Source: Candidatus Aminicenantes bacterium
Lineage (GTDB): Bacteria; Acidobacteriota; Aminicenantia; UBA2199
Reading direction: 5' to 3'
DNA length: 64,000 bases
Assembly: GCA_963732485.1 (NCBI GenBank)
Contig: CAVSZS010000010.1
Span: 7,573-71,572 of the forward strand
Shown: positions 59,619-64,000 of the stretch, piece by piece
How the letters are laid out: each line of letters starts with the position of its first letter
Position numbering within the stretch: position 1 is the first letter of the stretch
Made by a program: the position numbers and the translations under genes
Notes under the pieces: generated by a model
Seen by the model: only the letters and a program-made list of their open reading frames with translations
Told to the model about the DNA's origin: nothing
Database searches by the model: none

Positions 59619-60916
59619 TGCGCTGCCAGCAGACACTGAACAAGGTCACGGGGAGAGCACGGTTCTCCCTGTGGCTCGTTTTTTTCCTCTGGGCATCCAG
59701 CATCGCCGCGGAGAGCAAGTTTACCCTTTCCCCCTACCTGGACCTCGGCTATTCCGATAATATTTTCTGGGACATGACGAGCGTGGGCGATGCGACATTT
59801 TCCCCGGGACTGGGGCTCGATCTGCAAACGGGTTCCTGCAATTTCTTCCTGGATGCCGACGGCAAGGTCTATCAAAACAACGATTATTTGAATTCCTCCA
59901 TGGTCGCAGGAGGCTTCAGCCTGTTCAAGGTGTTTTCTCCGCGCACGTCGCTTTACGTCCAGCCGGACATCACCCTGATCCGTTTCCAGGGCGACCTGTC
60001 TTATCTGGACTCAACGGCCCCGGGCGTGGCCTTCGGCATCAAGCACGCCCTGTCCGATCACGTGTTCAGCCGTCTCATCCTCGCTTTGCGGCACAGCGAT
60101 TACCTTAACGAGGATTCCTATGACCGGATCCGGCTGTCAAGCTCACTGGAGCTGAGCGCCTTTTTCAATACCCAGACCACGGTGCGCTTCACCCTGGGAA
60201 TGAACTACCTCTTATTCCCCCATATCCTCACCCAGGTTCCGTCCACGGCCGTCAACGCCGCCCGGGACGATCAGGCTTCGGCCGCAGCCAACTTCGATCC
60301 CGGCGCCCACCGCGGCAAGCCCGTACCTCCCGCCCCCCCGACCCCGCCGCTGCCGCCAACACCCCCGACGCCGCCGTCGCCCTCCGATCCTCCCGCCCCG
60401 CTGCCGGGAACGGAAACCGTGCCCGTCTCCACGATCATCGACCTGGCCATCCCCCAGCCGTATGTCGTCGTGCGCGTCGCCCAGGGGCTGGGGTTCAAGA
60501 CGGGACTTGTCGCCGAGTTCATGTACCGCAAGAACCAGGCCCTGCTGCAGGGCATGCAGGCCATCGGCGCCTCCGAATGGGCGCTGGAGCAAACCGAGGA
60601 AGATTTCTTCTGGCAGGGAACGCGTTTCTCCATCGGCGTCAAGACGGAGGCATTCCTGGACCTGGAAGTGGCCCTGGACCTCTCCTTTTCCAGCAAGCAG
60701 TACCAGGGGATCGAAGCCCTGAACCTCGACGGCGTCCCGCTCCAGCCGCTGGTCTTCCGCTCCGACACCCAGTCGCAGGCCAACCTGCGCATATCCAGGA
60801 GATTCGGAAGCCTTGGCCTGTTCGTCGCCGGCAGCTACCGGAAAAACCGATCCAACGATTTGTATTTCCAATACGATTTCTTTACAATCTCGGGAGGGGT
60901 GGATATTTCCATCTGA
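59618..60916 (+). CDS. Hypothetical exported protein, putative outer-membrane beta-barrel with Pro-rich internal segment
   Basis: TGATG overlap with upstream gene; signal peptide; PVPPAPPTPPLPPTPPTPPSPSDPPAPLPG linker; alternating beta-strand pattern. Confidence 0.5.
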   Translation: MRCQQTLNKVTGRARFSLWLVFFLWASSIAAESKFTLSPYLDLGYSDNIFWDMTSVGDATFSPGLGLDLQTGSCNFFLDADGKVYQNNDYLNSSMVAGGFSLFKVFSPRTSLYVQPDITLIRFQGDLSYLDSTAPGVAFGIKHALSDHVFSRLILALRHSDYLNEDSYDRIRLSSSLELSAFFNTQTTVRFTLGMNYLLFPHILTQVPSTAVNAARDDQASAAANFDPGAHRGKPVPPAPPTPPLPPTPPTPPSPSDPPAPLPGTETVPVSTIIDLAIPQPYVVVRVAQGLGFKTGLVAEFMYRKNQALLQGMQAIGASEWALEQTEEDFFWQGTRFSIGVKTEAFLDLEVALDLSFSSKQYQGIEALNLDGVPLQPLVFRSDTQSQANLRISRRFGSLGLFVAGSYRKNRSNDLYFQYDFFTISGGVDISI

Positions 60917-60922
60917 AAGGAC

Positions 60923-61369
60923 ATGGCCAAGATCAGATTTTTTCTTGCCGCTATGCTGCTGCTGGCACCGTCTCTGCGACCCCAGCAAGCCGGCTTTCAT
61001 TTTTTCGATCCCAAGAACCTGGTCGAAATTCAGGGCACGGTGCAGCGCATCGATCTCGAGGAAACGTACGGCAAGAGAGCCCGCTTCCTCGTGCTGACGG
61101 TCATGGGCGCGAACCAGATCCCGTACCGGGTGGAGATCTGCCCGCAATGGTTCCTCGAGAACAACATCGCCGTGGGCATGAAGATCCGCATTCACGGCTC
61201 CCTGCTGGCTGAAACCGGCGAGAATGCCTACCTGATCGCCCAGGAGATCTCGCTGCAGGGAGAGCGCATCGCCCTGCGCGACCGCCGCGGCTTTCCCCTG
61301 TGGAGCCAGCACGGCAGCATGGACGGGAGCGGCGACAGGAAAGGACCCGGCAGACGCGGCAAACGGTGA
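60923..61369 (+). CDS. Small periplasmic protein, possibly OB-fold (BOF/YgiW-like)
   Basis: Signal peptide MAKIRFFLAAMLLLAPS; ~130-aa mature region; basic tail. Confidence 0.4.
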   Translation: MAKIRFFLAAMLLLAPSLRPQQAGFHFFDPKNLVEIQGTVQRIDLEETYGKRARFLVLTVMGANQIPYRVEICPQWFLENNIAVGMKIRIHGSLLAETGENAYLIAQEISLQGERIALRDRRGFPLWSQHGSMDGSGDRKGPGRRGKR

Positions 61370-62592
61370 AGGTCAGCGCCAGGTATATCGCCGTCGTTGT
61401 CGCTCTCAGCCTGGCCAGCATCGCCCTCTTTTATTTCCTGAACCTGAGCAACCGCCGCGCGGTGGAGGCCAAGGCCATGGACCTGGCCATCTCCGAGGGC
61501 CAGACCATCGAGAAGGTCCTGGGCAAGGCGGCGGCCGGGCTGCTGGGCCAGGGAGATGCGCCCCTGATCCGTTTCATGGACGAGATCTTCGCCAATGAGC
61601 AGGTCATTTATGTGGCCATCAAGCGCTCGGGACGCCTGCTGCACGCCGCATCCAAATACGAGGGGTACCTGCCTTTGGGCGCCGAGCCCCAACCCGTCAG
61701 GACCTTCAGTTCTCCCCTGGGTGAAATCATCGAGGTGAACGCAACGCTGCGCGATCGTTCCGGGCTGAATTATAGCGCTCATATCGGTTATTTTTTTTCC
61801 GCCATCGAGGAGATACGGCGAGCCGCCAAAAGGAGCCTGCTGCTGCTGACGCTGCTGCAGGCAGCCATCGTGCTTGTGCTGGTTGGCTTTCTTTTCAGCT
61901 TCAACCGGCAGATGGGGAGCAAGGAGATCGAGATCCAGAAGGAGAAAGAGGAGAAGGCCAGGCTCCAGGAAATCTCGCTGATCACGGCCGGGATCAACCA
62001 CGAGATACGCAACCCGCTCCACTCCCTGTACCTGAGCTACCAGATGCTGGAGCCCCGACTCGACCCGGCCGATGCCGAAGCCGCATTCCACAGCCTCGCG
62101 CTCAAGCGGGAGATCAAGCGCATCCAGGACATCATCGAGCGCTTCTCCACCCTTACCCACTCCCTGCCCGTGCGCCGGCATGCCATCGACCTGGCGCAAT
62201 TTTTTTCCGAGCGCCAGGCCGCCTGGGCGGCGCTGGAGACCGGGACGCGCGTCAGCGTCGAACTGGAGGCGGGGGCGCGCCTGGTCAGCGACCGCGATCT
62301 GCTGGCGCAGGTCCTGGACAACATCGTGCGCAACGCGGCCGAGGCCGGCGCCGGCAGCATCGCCATCCGCCTCTTTACCCGCAAGGGAACCGTGCACCTG
62401 TCCATCCGGGACGACGGCCCGGGAATCAAAGCGGAGCAGTTGAAATTCATTTTTGATCCCTTTGTGTCGTTCAAATCCAGGGGCAGCGGCATCGGGCTGG
62501 CTCTGGCCAGGAAGATCGTCCTGCAACTGGGCGGCACGATCGAAGCGACGAGCGTGGAAGGCCGGGGCGCCGAGTTCATTATCCGTTTATGA
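61366..62592 (+). CDS. Sensor histidine kinase (TM sensor region + HisKA + HATPase_c)
   Basis: GTG 61366 overlapping the upstream TGA (alternative ATG 61300); H-box ITAGINHEIRNPLHSL, N/G boxes (VLDNIVRNAAEAG, DDGPGI, GSGIGLALA). Confidence 0.75.
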   Translation: MKVSARYIAVVVALSLASIALFYFLNLSNRRAVEAKAMDLAISEGQTIEKVLGKAAAGLLGQGDAPLIRFMDEIFANEQVIYVAIKRSGRLLHAASKYEGYLPLGAEPQPVRTFSSPLGEIIEVNATLRDRSGLNYSAHIGYFFSAIEEIRRAAKRSLLLLTLLQAAIVLVLVGFLFSFNRQMGSKEIEIQKEKEEKARLQEISLITAGINHEIRNPLHSLYLSYQMLEPRLDPADAEAAFHSLALKREIKRIQDIIERFSTLTHSLPVRRHAIDLAQFFSERQAAWAALETGTRVSVELEAGARLVSDRDLLAQVLDNIVRNAAEAGAGSIAIRLFTRKGTVHLSIRDDGPGIKAEQLKFIFDPFVSFKSRGSGIGLALARKIVLQLGGTIEATSVEGRGAEFIIRL

Positions 62593-62604
62593 TAGAATAC
62601 CCTC

Positions 62605-63972
62605 ATGCCTAGCGAACGCCGCCTGCTGATCATCGAAGACGAGGAAGGGGCGGCCCGCGCCCTGGAAAAATTCTTCCGCCAGAAGGGATTTGCGGTCCAG
62701 GCGGCGGCGAGCGGCGAAGTGGGGCTCGACGCTTTCCGTGCGCGGACACCCGATGCGGTGCTGCTCGATTTCAAGCTGCCGGGCATGGACGGGGAACAGG
62801 TCTTCTCCAGGATGAAGGGATTGCAGCCGCTCGTCCCGGTCATCATCATGACCGCGTTCGGCGAGATCGAGCGGGCGGTGCGTCTGCTCAAGGCGGGGGT
62901 CTTCCACTATATCACCAAGCCGTTCGAACTGGACGTGCTGCTGCACCTGGTCGAGGAGGCGACGGGCAAATCGGCCCTGGCCAGGGAGAACGCCCGCCTG
63001 CAGGAAAAACTGCAGGGCCGGTACTCGTTCGCCAACTTCATCTATCGCTCGGAGGTCATGGCCGAAACGGTCAACCTGGCGATGCGCGTGGCGGATTCGG
63101 AGGCCACGGTGCTGATCGGGGGCGAAAGCGGCACCGGCAAGGAAGTGCTGGCCAATATCATCCATTTCGCATCTTCCAGGAAAAACGGCCCCTTCGTCAA
63201 GGTCAACCTGGCCGCCCTGCCGACCACGCTCATTGAAGCCGAGCTGTTCGGGCATGAGCGCGGGGCTTTCACCGGAGCCGATAAAAGCCGCACCGGCAGG
63301 TTCGAGGAGGCCGACGGCGGCACGATATTCCTCGATGAGATCGGCGACCTGCCCCTGGAAACGCAGATCAAGCTGCTGCGCGTCATCCAGGAAAGGGAGA
63401 TCGTCCGCCTGGGAGCCAACAAACCCGTGGCGATCGATATCCGGCTCATCTCCGCCACGCACCGCGACCTGGCCGCGGAAGTGCGGCGGCATACCTTCCG
63501 CGAGGACCTCTTTTTCCGCATCAACATCATCACCATCCCCATGCCGCCGCTGCGCCAGCGCCGGGAGGACATCCCGTTCCTGGCCGAGCATTTCCTTAGA
63601 AAATTCTCGGACCGCGAAAAAAAGCCTCTGCGCGCCCTCAACCGAAAAGCGCTGAATTCGCTGGCCGGGTACGGGTTCCCGGGCAATGTCCGTGAGCTGG
63701 AGAACATCATCGAGCGCGCGGTGATTTTGGCCCGGAATGAAGAGATCGGCGAAGAGGACCTGCCGCTCCTTTCCGCGGGCAGCGACCCGACAAAGGATCT
63801 CGCCGGCGCAGACCTGCCCCTCCCGGAAAAAGTACGCGAGTTCGAGAGGGCGCTGATCCGCAATGCCCTGGAAAAGAACCGCTACGTCGGGACGAAAACA
63901 GCCAGGGAACTCGGCATCTCGGAATCCACGCTGCGCTACAAGATGGAAAGCCTGGGCCTCAAGCCAGGCTGA
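62605..63972 (+). CDS. Sigma-54-dependent response regulator (NtrC family: REC + AAA+ sigma-54 activator + Fis-type HTH)
   Basis: REC domain with phosphoacceptor region (AVLLDFKLPGMDG), Walker A GESGTGKE, GAFTGA motif, ESTLRYKM HTH. Confidence 0.85.
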   Translation: MPSERRLLIIEDEEGAARALEKFFRQKGFAVQAAASGEVGLDAFRARTPDAVLLDFKLPGMDGEQVFSRMKGLQPLVPVIIMTAFGEIERAVRLLKAGVFHYITKPFELDVLLHLVEEATGKSALARENARLQEKLQGRYSFANFIYRSEVMAETVNLAMRVADSEATVLIGGESGTGKEVLANIIHFASSRKNGPFVKVNLAALPTTLIEAELFGHERGAFTGADKSRTGRFEEADGGTIFLDEIGDLPLETQIKLLRVIQEREIVRLGANKPVAIDIRLISATHRDLAAEVRRHTFREDLFFRINIITIPMPPLRQRREDIPFLAEHFLRKFSDREKKPLRALNRKALNSLAGYGFPGNVRELENIIERAVILARNEEIGEEDLPLLSAGSDPTKDLAGADLPLPEKVREFERALIRNALEKNRYVGTKTARELGISESTLRYKMESLGLKPG

Positions 63973-64000
63973 GCGCCCACCTCACTTCGTCGGATCGAAT

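Overview
This window is a high-GC (~65%), gene-dense bacterial chromosomal segment. The genes point to a Gram-negative-type envelope: a TonB-dependent receptor, type IV pilus PilY1 with minor pilins, lipoboxes, and a sigma-54 two-component system. Gene order: era(partial)-corC-ybeY-pgpH-phoH (minus-strand ribosome-maturation/c-di-AMP cluster), a DASS transporter, metH-metF, a frameshifted RlmD-like methyltransferase, a HAD hydrolase, a 3'-5' exonuclease, tRNA-Glu(CUC)/tRNA-Gln(CUG) with a textbook promoter, and a GntR regulator divergent from a glycyl-radical-enzyme activase plus a glycyl radical enzyme (GRE; eliminase type, frameshifted). Then an AT-rich orphan gene, a lipoprotein, a decayed type IV pilus tip locus (fimT/pilV/pilW/pilX/pilY1), and a folC operon carrying an unusual pseudo-receiver/Ser-Thr-kinase/TonB-C fusion. 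Then purF-DUF4388-miaA-hflX-TPR lipoprotein, a cassette-like hypothetical gene flanked by inverted heptamer repeats, deaD, a Met-rich periplasmic protein, leaderless queF, an ABC exporter, an AT-rich beta-barrel-like gene, a CHASE2 adenylate cyclase, SH3b plus M48 peptidase, RpiR, a heavily frameshifted TonB-dependent receptor, capA-like, a sulfatase-family/TPR protein, and a sigma-54-promoted secreted-protein operon followed by its histidine kinase and NtrC-type regulator. Two pervasive signals stand out. First, a dispersed family of AT-rich, stop-codon-saturated heptamer/hexamer microsatellites (TCAGTAG, CGTAATT, GTGAAAAGTGATTA and related) lies in inverted pairs at gene boundaries, sometimes flanking whole genes like cassette borders. 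Second, at least 15 single-base frameshifts, mostly in homopolymer or GC runs, are spread over many genes; this suggests indel sequencing errors, locally compounded by real gene decay (pilus locus, TonB receptor). No CRISPR array, transposase, integrase or phage genes were seen. Most long ORFs antisense to the annotated genes are high-GC artefacts.
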